44,943 bases of DNA, from assembly GCA_947085505.1 (NCBI GenBank), contig CAMTWI010000001.1:1-44943 (forward strand), read 5' to 3'. Origin of the DNA: an uncultured bacterium. Its GTDB lineage: Bacteria; Patescibacteriota; Minisyncoccia; Phycocordibacterales; Phycocordibacteraceae. The position numbers were made by a program, and so were the translations under genes. Of the stretch, positions 25,391-34,582 are shown one piece after another; within the stretch, counting starts at the first letter, position 1; every line of letters begins with the position of its first letter. Under the pieces are notes generated by a model, which was not told the DNA's origin, searched no databases, and saw nothing but the letters and a program-made list of their open reading frames with translations.

Positions 25391-27571
25391 TTATTCGGGA
25401 TGCACCTCCTCGTCCGCTTTCTTTGCAAGCTTCGCGAGAAGGGGATGCTTCTTAAGTTCCGGATCTTTTTTTACGAGCTCCTGTGCCTCGTTTCTCGCGG
25501 CCTCTACCATCTTTATATTCTTAAGCGCCTCCATAGCGATATCCGACACGCCCCACTGCCGTGCACCATACAGTTCGCCCGCCCCGCGAAGTGCAAGATC
25601 GTACTCGGCGAGTTCAAACCCATTCTTGGCGGTCGTAAGGGCAGTGAGGCGCTCTTTGGTTGCGGGTCCGTAGGATTCAGGGAGGGCGAAACAATACGCC
25701 TGATTCGATGAGCGAATGACACGCCCACGGAGCTGATGCAATTGGGCGAGTCCGAAGCGCTCTGCGCCTTCAATAAGAATAACGGTGGCGTTTGGAACAT
25801 TCACACCAACCTCAACAACCGATGTCGCAACGAGTATCTGTACGTCTCCATTTTCAAATCGCTTCATAACCGCCTCTTTATCCTTCGGTGTCATCTTGCT
25901 ATGTAGGATATCGATTGAAGCGTCCGGGAATACGTTGAGCTTTAATCGTTCTGCTTCTGCTTTCACAGACTTTGCCTGCACGGCGAATTCCTTTTGGGGA
26001 TCCGGTTCGTTAATGCGGGGACAAATGACATATGCCTGGTGTCCGAGTGCAAGTTCGCTTCGCACACGCTCGTATGCCTTCTCGCGCTTCTCAGGACCAA
26101 GAACTTCCGTGAGAATAGGCTTGCGACCAAGCGGCATTTGATCAAGAAGCGACAGATCGAGATCTCCATAAATCGAGAGCGCAAGTGTGCGTGGGATTGG
26201 CGTCGCGGTCATTGAAAGAAGGTGGGGCGAGAGTGCACCATCCTTCTTTGTAAGCTTTTGGCGATGTGCTTTTCCGAAGCGGTGCTGCTCGTCAATAATT
26301 GCGTACGCAAGATTCTGAAACGCTAAGGATTTGTACACGAGTGCATGGGTACCAATAACAATTGGGATCTCGCCGTTCGCGACCCATTTCGCAAACTGTG
26401 CTCTCGAAACCTTTGCGGACTCCTCGTATCGAACCTTCGAAGGGAATTTGCGGCACTCGTTTCCGGTTATGAGTCCAATGGGGATTGGGTGGTCTTTGAA
26501 GTAGGAAACGAACGTTGAGAAGTGTTGTTTCGCAAGGATTTCGGTAGGGCACATGTACGCAACCTGGAGTGTACCGGCAATACGCCCCGGAGGTCTTGAG
26601 GTAGCAACCATGTATGCGGTTGCAGCCGCAACCGCGGTCTTCCCGCTCCCCACATCACCCTCAAGAAGTCTTCTCATGGGGTGCGGTTTCTCAAAGTCCG
26701 CCACAATGCTCTCAATGGATCGCGCCTGTGCTTCGGTTGGTGGAAACGGAAAGGAATCCATAAAAGCAGAAAGAGATGTCCGGTCTGCGTGTACCGGGAG
26801 CGCCCGTTCTTTCGTTGCTTCAAGACGCCGGCGTTGTGTCGTGAGTTGTATCGCGAGTACTTCTTGGAACGCAAAACGTTTCTTCGCTGCTTGCGAATCC
26901 GGAAGCTTTCTCGGTGCGTGCATCCAGATGAGTGCCGTAGACAAAGTTGGCAAGCTGTAGCGGTCGAGCATCTCCTTGGGAATTGGGTCGGGGAGACGCT
27001 CGTGTACACCTGCTTCAAACACACGCTTGAGTGCATGAAGGAACCAGAGTGAGGAGACCCCTTTTGATTCTGGATAAATTGCGTACTGAGTGTCCTCGAT
27101 GAGAGCACTTCCAAGGTCTTCGGTGTTCGTGAAGAGGGAGTCGTGTACTTCCTCGGGATTAATAGGAGAACGGTCGATCTCGGGGTTTGCGAGATAGATT
27201 TTGTCGCCTGTCCCAGTTATCTTCCCGCTCGCCTTTACAACCATGCCGTCCTTGAGAGACTTCGCAATGTAAGGCTGCGAGAACCAGCGCAGCTTTATGC
27301 GGCCCGAGGCATCCTCGAGCCACGCCTCACCCATAGGACGCTTCGTAGTCCACGACTTTTTCGCTTCAGGTTTTCTGATAGTGCCGTAGAGTGTAACGTC
27401 GGTTCCAGACGTTGCGCTCCCGATAGTGCCGGTCGGTCCTGCTGCTTCGTAGCGAGCGGGGAAGTGGTAGAGGAGATCGTGTATCGTTTTAATACCGAGC
27501 CGCTCGAGTGCGTTCTTTTGGTCAGGCTTGAGGCGGGTGAAATGCTGTGAGACTGGGTCTTCAGGCTTCAT
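25391..27571 (-). CDS. recG: ATP-dependent DNA helicase RecG
   Basis: MRRLLEGDVGSGKT, IIDEQHRFG, MTATPIPRTLA, RFGLAQLHQLRGRV. Confidence 0.97.
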   Translation of the reverse strand: MKPEDPVSQHFTRLKPDQKNALERLGIKTIHDLLYHFPARYEAAGPTGTIGSATSGTDVTLYGTIRKPEAKKSWTTKRPMGEAWLEDASGRIKLRWFSQPYIAKSLKDGMVVKASGKITGTGDKIYLANPEIDRSPINPEEVHDSLFTNTEDLGSALIEDTQYAIYPESKGVSSLWFLHALKRVFEAGVHERLPDPIPKEMLDRYSLPTLSTALIWMHAPRKLPDSQAAKKRFAFQEVLAIQLTTQRRRLEATKERALPVHADRTSLSAFMDSFPFPPTEAQARSIESIVADFEKPHPMRRLLEGDVGSGKTAVAAATAYMVATSRPPGRIAGTLQVAYMCPTEILAKQHFSTFVSYFKDHPIPIGLITGNECRKFPSKVRYEESAKVSRAQFAKWVANGEIPIVIGTHALVYKSLAFQNLAYAIIDEQHRFGKAHRQKLTKKDGALSPHLLSMTATPIPRTLALSIYGDLDLSLLDQMPLGRKPILTEVLGPEKREKAYERVRSELALGHQAYVICPRINEPDPQKEFAVQAKSVKAEAERLKLNVFPDASIDILHSKMTPKDKEAVMKRFENGDVQILVATSVVEVGVNVPNATVILIEGAERFGLAQLHQLRGRVIRSSNQAYCFALPESYGPATKERLTALTTAKNGFELAEYDLALRGAGELYGARQWGVSDIAMEALKNIKMVEAARNEAQELVKKDPELKKHPLLAKLAKKADEEVHPE

Positions 27572-27645
27572 GCGGTCAGTATACCGTTTGGCCTTGGAAG
27601 AGTGACACTAGTGTTTCTTTCGCAATCATGGTCTCATACCCATAT

Positions 27646-28026
27646 ATGACTACACGACGCATTGTCTTTTTTGCTGCCACATTCATGCTTTTCTTTGTTG
27701 CCCTGCCTGCTATACCTGCGCAGGCAAAGGAACTTTCAATCTCCGTTGCAAACGTAACGGTGGTTCCAGTACCACCAACCTGCGAAGTACGTGCAACGAA
27801 GAGAGTCATGCATTCAGGAGGATCTGTCGACATTGTTTGGAAGAGTCGCGGAGCAGAGAAGGTGGTGGGTCTCGTACAGGGAGACAAAGAGTGGCCGACA
27901 AAAGGCCGTCAACGCGTCTCAATAGCGGTGCTCGGCAAGCACGTGTTCCCGATGACCTTCATCGCAAAGAGTGGAGCCATAAGCACTTGTAGTGCAACAG
28001 TTTTCGTTCACACCAAGAGGTGGTAA
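27646..28026 (+). CDS. Secreted hypothetical protein, beta-rich (Ig-like) domain
   Basis: Signal peptide MTTRR-hydrophobic-AQA; PTC...TCSATVFV Cys pair. Confidence 0.7.
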   Translation: MTTRRIVFFAATFMLFFVALPAIPAQAKELSISVANVTVVPVPPTCEVRATKRVMHSGGSVDIVWKSRGAEKVVGLVQGDKEWPTKGRQRVSIAVLGKHVFPMTFIAKSGAISTCSATVFVHTKRW

Positions 28027-28055
28027 AACTTCAAAACTGAGATACTGCTCCGGCT

Positions 28056-29216
28056 ATGCCATTGGCAAGAAAGAAAATAAAAGTGCAGACTCGTGCACAA
28101 ATACTCGCAGCGTTTAAAAAGACCGGTGCTCGGATTGAAACTAAAGGAAGGGTCAGGTTAAAAAATAAGGAAGACTTTGCGCTCTACTACACGCCTGGAG
28201 TTGGTGTTGCGTCATTGCATCTTGCGAAGCATCCTAAAGATGCACGGAAGCTTTCCGTAAAAAAGAATAGTGTTGCGGTTATTAGTGACGGCTCAGCAGT
28301 GCTTGGTCTTGGGAATATCGGCCCGTATGGTGCACTTCCTGTTATGGAAGGGAAGGCACTAATATTCAAGGAGCTCGCGGATGTAGATGCGTGGCCTATC
28401 GTGCTTGATACTCAAGACCCAGACGAAATCGTGCAAACAATCATACATATTGCCCCGGGCTTTGGTGGTATAAACCTCGAGGACATTAAGGCCCCCGAGT
28501 GTTTTGATATCGAGAAGCGACTTATCACGGCACTTGATATACCGGTGATGCATGACGACCAGCACGGCACTGCCATTGTTGTGCTGGCAGGGCTCATTAA
28601 CGCTGCAACTGTTGTGGGGAAGCCGTTTAGGAAACTGAAGGTTGTTATATCGGGCGCTGGCGCTGCGGGGAGTGCGGTTGCAAAACTACTACATGCCGCA
28701 GGTGTTACAGACATCATCGTGCTCGATCGCGAGGGTGCTCTGTATCAGGGCCGCACTGCTCTTAACGAAAGCAAGCAGGAGCTCGCTCGTCTAACCAATC
28801 CACGAAACGTGTCAGGGGATCTCGCTTCCGTACTTGAAGGAAGCGATGTGTTCGTTGGTGTTTCAGGACCAAACCTCCTTATGGCTGGCGACATACAAAC
28901 CATGGCAAAGGACTCTATTGTTTTTGCGCTTTCCAACCCAATACCTGAAATTATGCCAGAGCAGGCGAAGAAGGGTGGCGCCATGGTTATCGCAACAGGA
29001 CGCTCTGATTTTCCAAATCAAGTTAATAACGCACTGGTGTTTCCGGGCGTATTCCGTGGTGCTCTCGACCATAGCGTTACAGAAATAACGCAGACAATGA
29101 AACTTAAAGCAGCAAAGGCGCTCGCTGCACTCGTTGAAAAACCAACCGCAACAAAAATTATCCCTGACGTCCTCGATAAGCGCGTGGTGCCAGCAATCGC
29201 TAAGGTAATCCGGTAA
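28056..29216 (+). CDS. NAD(P)-dependent malic enzyme (short form)
   Basis: YTPGV, SDGSAVLGLGNIG, PVMEGK, INLEDI, HDDQHGT, GAGAAG, ATGRSDFPNQVNN. Confidence 0.95.
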   Translation: MPLARKKIKVQTRAQILAAFKKTGARIETKGRVRLKNKEDFALYYTPGVGVASLHLAKHPKDARKLSVKKNSVAVISDGSAVLGLGNIGPYGALPVMEGKALIFKELADVDAWPIVLDTQDPDEIVQTIIHIAPGFGGINLEDIKAPECFDIEKRLITALDIPVMHDDQHGTAIVVLAGLINAATVVGKPFRKLKVVISGAGAAGSAVAKLLHAAGVTDIIVLDREGALYQGRTALNESKQELARLTNPRNVSGDLASVLEGSDVFVGVSGPNLLMAGDIQTMAKDSIVFALSNPIPEIMPEQAKKGGAMVIATGRSDFPNQVNNALVFPGVFRGALDHSVTEITQTMKLKAAKALAALVEKPTATKIIPDVLDKRVVPAIAKVIR

Positions 29217-29224
29217 CGAAATTA

Positions 29225-29662
29225 CTAGTCGCGTTGTATTGCGTGTCGGATGCGCTCAAAGACTGTTGTAAACCATGCTTTGTCTTTCGTGTTACCAATC
29301 TCGTTCACGATGTGCGATAGGGAAACCCAACGAGCCTCTTCAATTTCAAGTGTTGGTATGAGTTCGGCTCCTGGCTCTGCGGCGAATAGAAACATATGTA
29401 TGTTCTTCGTTTCTGCAAGGTTATCGGTTCCGTCAACATTCATCCTATACCGCTCATAACTTCCTAGATCATCGATGAGTTCAAGATTCGTGAGGCCAGT
29501 CTCCTCCATAATTTCGCGCCGCGCTGCTACCTCGTCAGATTCACCTTCCTCAAGATGTCCTTTAGGAAAGAGCCATGCACCATTGCCACCACGATTGCGC
29601 ACCATAGCGATAGTGCCACGATCGCCAAGCACAATCCCGCCCGCACAACGTGCTTTATCCAT
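29225..29662 (-). CDS. NUDIX hydrolase
   Basis: Nudix box GHLEEGESDEVAARREIMEETG. Confidence 0.92.
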   Translation of the reverse strand: MDKARCAGGIVLGDRGTIAMVRNRGGNGAWLFPKGHLEEGESDEVAARREIMEETGLTNLELIDDLGSYERYRMNVDGTDNLAETKNIHMFLFAAEPGAELIPTLEIEEARWVSLSHIVNEIGNTKDKAWFTTVFERIRHAIQRD

Positions 29663-30026
29663 GTTTTCTCTTGTTAACAATTGCGAGTGAGATTGCTGCA
29701 AGTGCGATAGAGATGTCTCGGAAGAGGATAGGGAATTGGCCTGGATTCGCGACAACAACTGCAATCAGTGCTACAGCCATAATCATGCTCGGGATAAAGA
29801 CCCTCGTGCCGAACAAGACCCAGAGCGCAAGCGCAATCTCAAGAACACCCCAGCCATGCAGAAGAAGTTCGGTGTTGCTTCCTGCGAGATCAAGGACAAA
29901 TCCCGGGAAGTATCCAATCCAAGAATCCGGATTGAACCAAGCGTCTACTGCAGGATAGGCGAACGCAAAGGCAACAGCCAGACGCATCAGGAGTCCCGGA
30001 AGAGGAAGACTGAGCGGATTCACCAT
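29655..30026 (-). CDS. DoxX-family membrane protein
   Basis: LLMRLAVA...GVLEIALALWVLFG...FRDISIA; about 4 TM segments. Confidence 0.75.
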   Translation of the reverse strand: MVNPLSLPLPGLLMRLAVAFAFAYPAVDAWFNPDSWIGYFPGFVLDLAGSNTELLLHGWGVLEIALALWVLFGTRVFIPSMIMAVALIAVVVANPGQFPILFRDISIALAAISLAIVNKRKHG

Positions 30027-30027
30027 A

Positions 30028-30519
30028 CTACTGAACAACAACGGTGCCTGTGCTGGATGCACCTACATGGTTATGGAAGCCGAAGGTACCGCTCTTAGTA
30101 AAGGTGAAGTCCCAGAACTCACCCCTTTCAACCGAGGTGCATTGATCAAAGGAAGTTCCGGTGTTCATGCCGTTTGTGCAGTGCTCGCGCGTTGATGTGC
30201 CGTCGTACCCGGTGTGTGTTGGGTGTTCATCCACACCAACCCACATACCCCGAGAGGAATCGTTAATGAAGCGTACGGTCTCGCCGCGCGCAACTGTTAC
30301 TGACGAAGGAGAGAATCCATCATTAGTGAGTGTCACAACAGCGAATGCGGGCCCCCCGTCTTCCTGGCTCTCTGCGCTCGGTCCTGTGGCTTCGGGTGCG
30401 TTCTCTTCAACTGCTGGATCGTTTGAAGGAGCGCTCGCTCGATTTGTTGAGAACGCATACGCGCCAAGCGCAATAAAAGCGATTACAAGGATGGCAACAA
30501 GAAGATTTTTGGTATTCAT
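30028..30519 (-). CDS. Membrane-anchored cupredoxin-fold protein
   Basis: GFSPSSVTVARGETVRFIN, FTFTKSGTFGFHNH; N-terminal TM. Confidence 0.8.
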   Translation of the reverse strand: MNTKNLLVAILVIAFIALGAYAFSTNRASAPSNDPAVEENAPEATGPSAESQEDGGPAFAVVTLTNDGFSPSSVTVARGETVRFINDSSRGMWVGVDEHPTHTGYDGTSTREHCTNGMNTGTSFDQCTSVERGEFWDFTFTKSGTFGFHNHVGASSTGTVVVQ

Positions 30520-30670
30520 AGAAGGCAAAGGTTACGCCGATAGGGCTGCCTCCAGTCTACCGCGTTTCCTCTAGATGGAGGCAAGGGGGTGGTAGCGATG
30601 CCCAGAGAGCCTGTGTTTCTGGTGTTCGGTTCGATTGGATCCGCGAGCATTAAGCAGAACCCAGACATAA

Positions 30671-30880
30671 TTTTGTACAAGCATCTTTAACAATGCACGC
30701 TACATATGGGGACCCACCGGTGCCTATCGCATCTACTCCAACACATCATTAGGATGTGCGACGACATATTCGTTTATGATCGCGCTCAATAATGGGAACT
30801 GGTATTGCGCTGGTAGTAGTGGGGCGCGCGGTGAATATCCGGGATATACCGACCAACGCGGCTGTTACAACAATCCGTAG
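30671..30880 (+). pseudogene. Start-less reading frame resembling a pilin C-terminal region
   Basis: 69 sense codons between two stops; YSFMIALNNGNWYCAGSSGARG...GC resembles WSISSPL...HWCIDSTGAKR...AC of the pilin at 39118. Confidence 0.45.
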
Positions 30881-30884
30881 GTAG

Positions 30885-30971
30885 CGGAGACGGAGGGATT
30901 CGAACCCTCGGAGCCTTTTACAGCTCGCCTCGTTAGCAGTGAGGTACTTTCGACCACTCAGCCACGTCTCC
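30885..30971 (-). tRNA. tRNA-Ser, anticodon GCU (long variable arm, CCA not encoded)
   Basis: GGAGACG/CGTCTCC-G, anticodon loop CTGCTAA, T-arm GAGGG-TTCGAAT-CCCTC. Confidence 0.93.
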
Positions 30972-30997
30972 TTCCGTACTACCGTATCATTTCGGCC

Positions 30998-31624
30998 CTA
31001 ATGCGCCAATGTGATACCGAGTACCGTGGTTGAGCCAGCTGATTCTAAGGCTTCTATGGCGGCAGTAAGCGTGCTGCCGGTTGTTGAAACATCATCCAAC
31101 ACAATATAGGTATGGCTAGGGTCTGGGGGAGACGATACACCGAAGGCTCCTACAACGTTTGTGCGGCGTTCCGTACCACTAAGGGTGGTTTGAGGAAGGG
31201 TGTCACAGGTGCGCACCAGTAGGTCCGTATCTAGATAAACATGGGGAAGCTTTTTCGCAGCAAGCCGTGCAATGCGTTCTACTTGATTATACCCCCGTTC
31301 CTTCCGGCGCTCGCTTGAGAGCGGAACAGGAACGAGTACGAGTGGAGAATCGTCGAGAATGGTATTGGCTGCACTCCATTCGTTTAAATAGTCTACGAGC
31401 ACACCTGCAAGGAATGTCTGAGCTTTTTCGTTGTCTTTAAACTTGGCGGCCGTGATGCAGGCACGTACAAGGGGTTTTCGATAGGGGAGGAGCGCAACGA
31501 TATTATCGGTGACACGCACCGGCCGGGCATACTGGCCGATTGATTCGAGAGTGGCGTCCTCGACGAGCACCGCTCGGTGACTTAATGGGAACAAAAGGTC
31601 GAGGATAAGGCGAAGGGCGCGCAT
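30998..31624 (-). CDS. comF: ComF-family phosphoribosyltransferase-domain protein lacking the zinc ribbon
   Basis: LVPVPLS...RGYNQ...Q..L...ERRTNV.GAF...VLDDVSTTGSTL. Confidence 0.88.
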   Translation of the reverse strand: MRALRLILDLLFPLSHRAVLVEDATLESIGQYARPVRVTDNIVALLPYRKPLVRACITAAKFKDNEKAQTFLAGVLVDYLNEWSAANTILDDSPLVLVPVPLSSERRKERGYNQVERIARLAAKKLPHVYLDTDLLVRTCDTLPQTTLSGTERRTNVVGAFGVSSPPDPSHTYIVLDDVSTTGSTLTAAIEALESAGSTTVLGITLAH

Positions 31625-31647
31625 GCCCGCATGATACAATCCCCGCA

Positions 31648-32736
31648 ATGGGCTTTCTGTCTAAACTTTTCGGTACAGGCAGCAAATCAAAGAGCGTCAT
31701 TGGCGTCGATATTGGCTCGTCCTCACTCAAAGTAGTGCAGCTGCGCCGCGAGGGCGGCACGGCTGTGCTTGAAACCTATGGCGAACTTGCACTCGGGCCC
31801 TATGCAGGAGTCGAAGTCGGACAAGCGACAAATCTGCCCGCAGCGAAGATTGCAGAAACATTGAATGATCTGCTGCGCGAGGCAAATGTCACAACGAAGG
31901 ACGCAGGAATCTCCATTCCGTTCTCTCGGTCCCTCCTTACTCTCGTTGAGCTCCCGCGCCGCAATGACCCTTCCGAACAGAAAACTGTTATCGAGCTCGA
32001 AGCGAGGAAGTACATCCCCGTCCCTGTGTCTGAAGTCCAGCTCGACTGGTTCGTTATTCCGGAAGCGTTATCTGAAGGAGCAGAACCGTCACCAAAGGTT
32101 CAGGTGCTCTTGGTTGCGGTACATAACGATGAGCTTACTCTGCTCGAGGGAGTCGTCCGGGGCTCTGCACTTGCGGCTACGTTCTACGAAATAGAGATTT
32201 TCAGTACCATCCGTTCGGTTGTGGACGAGCCGGTAAAGCCGGTCCTGGTGCTTGATATCGGTGCGTCTGCTACAAAAGTCTACGTCGTCGAGCACGGGGT
32301 GGTTGCGCTTTCTCATAACATTCCAAGCGGTGGCCAGGATGTGACCCGTACGATTGCGACCTCGCAAGGAATAACGGTTGGGAATGCCGAGATCATGAAG
32401 AAGGAGCACGGATTCGCAAATGAGGCTGGTACGTACGACCATCGCTCTATCGAACTCGTCTTTTCACGTATCTTTGAGGAGGCAAAGCGAGCACTTGCTC
32501 AGTACGAGAATGCAAAAGGGAAGAAAATTTCATGCCTTGTCCTTACAGGCGGCGGCGGTGTTACGAAGGAGCTTGCCGCGTATGCAAAGACCTTCTTTTC
32601 GGTAGAGGTTCGCATCGCAGACCCGTTCGGCAAAACACAGGCACCCGCGTTCATGCGTCCGGTGCTGGAAGCAATTGGGCCTGAGTTCGCGGTTGCCGTT
32701 GGGCTCGCGCTCCGGAAGCTCGAAGAAGAAGGATAG
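31648..32736 (+). CDS. pilM: Type IV pilus assembly protein PilM
   Basis: IGVDIGSSSLKVV, LDIGASAT, LTGGG, AVAVGLALR. Confidence 0.93.
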   Translation: MGFLSKLFGTGSKSKSVIGVDIGSSSLKVVQLRREGGTAVLETYGELALGPYAGVEVGQATNLPAAKIAETLNDLLREANVTTKDAGISIPFSRSLLTLVELPRRNDPSEQKTVIELEARKYIPVPVSEVQLDWFVIPEALSEGAEPSPKVQVLLVAVHNDELTLLEGVVRGSALAATFYEIEIFSTIRSVVDEPVKPVLVLDIGASATKVYVVEHGVVALSHNIPSGGQDVTRTIATSQGITVGNAEIMKKEHGFANEAGTYDHRSIELVFSRIFEEAKRALAQYENAKGKKISCLVLTGGGGVTKELAAYAKTFFSVEVRIADPFGKTQAPAFMRPVLEAIGPEFAVAVGLALRKLEEEG

Positions 32737-32793
32737 CGCTCTGTGCATAAGAGTGTCTGTTTCGCTCATTGTTCCCGTATACTCTAAAGTACT

Positions 32794-33513
32794 GTGGCTC
32801 TTCCTCCGACCATTCCAACCTCATTTGTGCCGAAGCAGCCGGTAGCGACGTCGTCGCGCAAGCAGCAGAGCGGTACGAATATATTCTTCATTGTTGGCGG
32901 CGTGATTGCGATTATCTCCGTCGCACTTGCTGCTGGCGTTTTTGGGTACGAGATGTACCTCAAAAATACACGAGACCAAAAGTCAGCGAACCTTACACAG
33001 GCTCAGAAAGAAGTAAATCTTGATACGGTCGAAGGTTTTATTCGCCTCAAGAGCCGCCTGAATACCGTTCAGAGCCTTCTTGACCAGCACGTCCTGCTCT
33101 CACAGTTCTTCGATACACTAGAATCGAGGACACTGCAGACCGTGCGGTTCAGCGGATTGTCACTCTCAGTAGAGGATGATCGTTCAGCGGAAATAAAAAT
33201 GGAGGGCGTTGCACGTAGCTTTAACGCTCTTGCCGCACAGAGCTCTATGATTGCTGCAGAGAAGCGCATCAAGCGTGCCATCTTCTCCGATATCTCTGTG
33301 AACAAGAATGGAACCGTTTCCTTTTCGCTAACCGCCACAATTGATCCGCGACTCATAACGTCTGGAGACGTGTTTCCCGGCATCTCTGACACACCAACAA
33401 CACTTCCAGTACCGACGACTCCCCCAACTGCAGCCACAACGTCTGCCGCAACAACGTCACCAGTGACGCCTGCAGCACCAAGCACCGCGACCACCACCCA
33501 ACCACAACTATGA
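32794..33513 (+). CDS. PilN-like protein (GTG start; Thr/Pro-rich tail)
   Basis: TM, coiled coil, then IKMEGVARSFNALA...VSFSLTA; synteny. Confidence 0.75.
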   Translation: MALPPTIPTSFVPKQPVATSSRKQQSGTNIFFIVGGVIAIISVALAAGVFGYEMYLKNTRDQKSANLTQAQKEVNLDTVEGFIRLKSRLNTVQSLLDQHVLLSQFFDTLESRTLQTVRFSGLSLSVEDDRSAEIKMEGVARSFNALAAQSSMIAAEKRIKRAIFSDISVNKNGTVSFSLTATIDPRLITSGDVFPGISDTPTTLPVPTTPPTAATTSAATTSPVTPAAPSTATTTQPQL

Positions 33514-34142
33514 TTGTTTCCCGCATCATTCCTATTCTTCTCGTAATCGGCGCCATCGGTCTTTTTATCGGGTACACGCAGCCAACCCACGGTGGTTCTA
33601 TTGCTGCACTCAAGGATGAGATTACTGGTCTCGATAGCGCGCTCAATGCGGCAGAGCAGTTTAAACTTAAAGAGGCTCAGCTTACGCAGCAACGAAAGGC
33701 AATGCCAGCAGAGCAGCTCGAGCGACTCGAGGCCTTTCTTCCGGACAGTGTCGACAATGTGCAGCTTATTGTTGATTTGAACTCGCTTGCTGCCCGCTCA
33801 GGAGTGCAGCTCTCCGAGTTTAATATCGCGAGCGGAAACAGTGGATCTGATACGAGCTCCTCTGCAAGGACCAATACTGCACCGCTTGGTGCCGCGGGGG
33901 TTGCCTCGGGCCCCGGTGCCATGGCGCCACAGTCAAATACGCTCGCACTCCAGACGTCACAGCCAACCGAGTCTCTCGAGCTTTCGGTATCTGCTACCGG
34001 CAGTTACGCAGCATTCCGTACCTTCCTCACTGGGGTAGAGCAGAGTTTGCGTCCGCTCGATGTGATTGAGTTATCCGTGCAGGATTCTGATACCGGAGTC
34101 TATACCTACGACATAACATTCCGACTTTACTGGCTCCGCTAA
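33510..34142 (+). CDS. PilO-like protein
   Basis: TM, LEAFLPD, LAARSGVQL, GSYAAFRTFL..VEQSLR. Confidence 0.8.
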   Translation: MIVSRIIPILLVIGAIGLFIGYTQPTHGGSIAALKDEITGLDSALNAAEQFKLKEAQLTQQRKAMPAEQLERLEAFLPDSVDNVQLIVDLNSLAARSGVQLSEFNIASGNSGSDTSSSARTNTAPLGAAGVASGPGAMAPQSNTLALQTSQPTESLELSVSATGSYAAFRTFLTGVEQSLRPLDVIELSVQDSDTGVYTYDITFRLYWLR

Positions 34143-34153
34143 CGGCATACTTT

Positions 34154-34465
34154 ATGGCACTCTCAAAGAAAAAAACCATCATCATTGCAGCTAGTATCGT
34201 CGTGCTCGGCGTTGTGGTGTATTTCCTCTGGCTCCGGCCCGCGCCAGTTGATAATGTTTCTATTAATAGCTTTGGACCTACAGGACAGGCGCAAGCAACG
34301 TTTCTAACGCTCGCAGCACAGCTCCAGCCAATTGCATTTAATGCGAGCGTGCTTGAAGATCCGCGCTTTCTGTCACTCGTTGATATAAAGACCGCAATCC
34401 TTCCAGAAGCGTCAGGTCGTACTGACCCGTTCGCACCCTTGGCAGGAGTTCGGAACGAACAGTAA
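34154..34465 (+). CDS. Small membrane protein at the pilP position
   Basis: N-terminal TM; GRTDPF motif. Confidence 0.7.
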   Translation: MALSKKKTIIIAASIVVLGVVVYFLWLRPAPVDNVSINSFGPTGQAQATFLTLAAQLQPIAFNASVLEDPRFLSLVDIKTAILPEASGRTDPFAPLAGVRNEQ

Positions 34466-34582
34466 TTCCCCAGTACGTTCGTCTAGAGAGCGGCATATCG
34501 TAGTACACTTCAGAGAGTGTTCACGGCTGTGCGCATTATCGGTCGTTTCATAATCTAAGGGGCTTGTGCCTCACCATTCGGG

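Noticed and set aside
33380-33510. Thr/Pro/Ala-rich repeats at the PilN-like C-terminus
   Set aside because: Ordinary low-complexity tail; no exact DNA repeat unit.
34510-34582. ~70-nt pilB leader as a cyclic-dinucleotide riboswitch
   Set aside because: No recognisable GEMM or c-di-AMP consensus and no convincing stems by eye.
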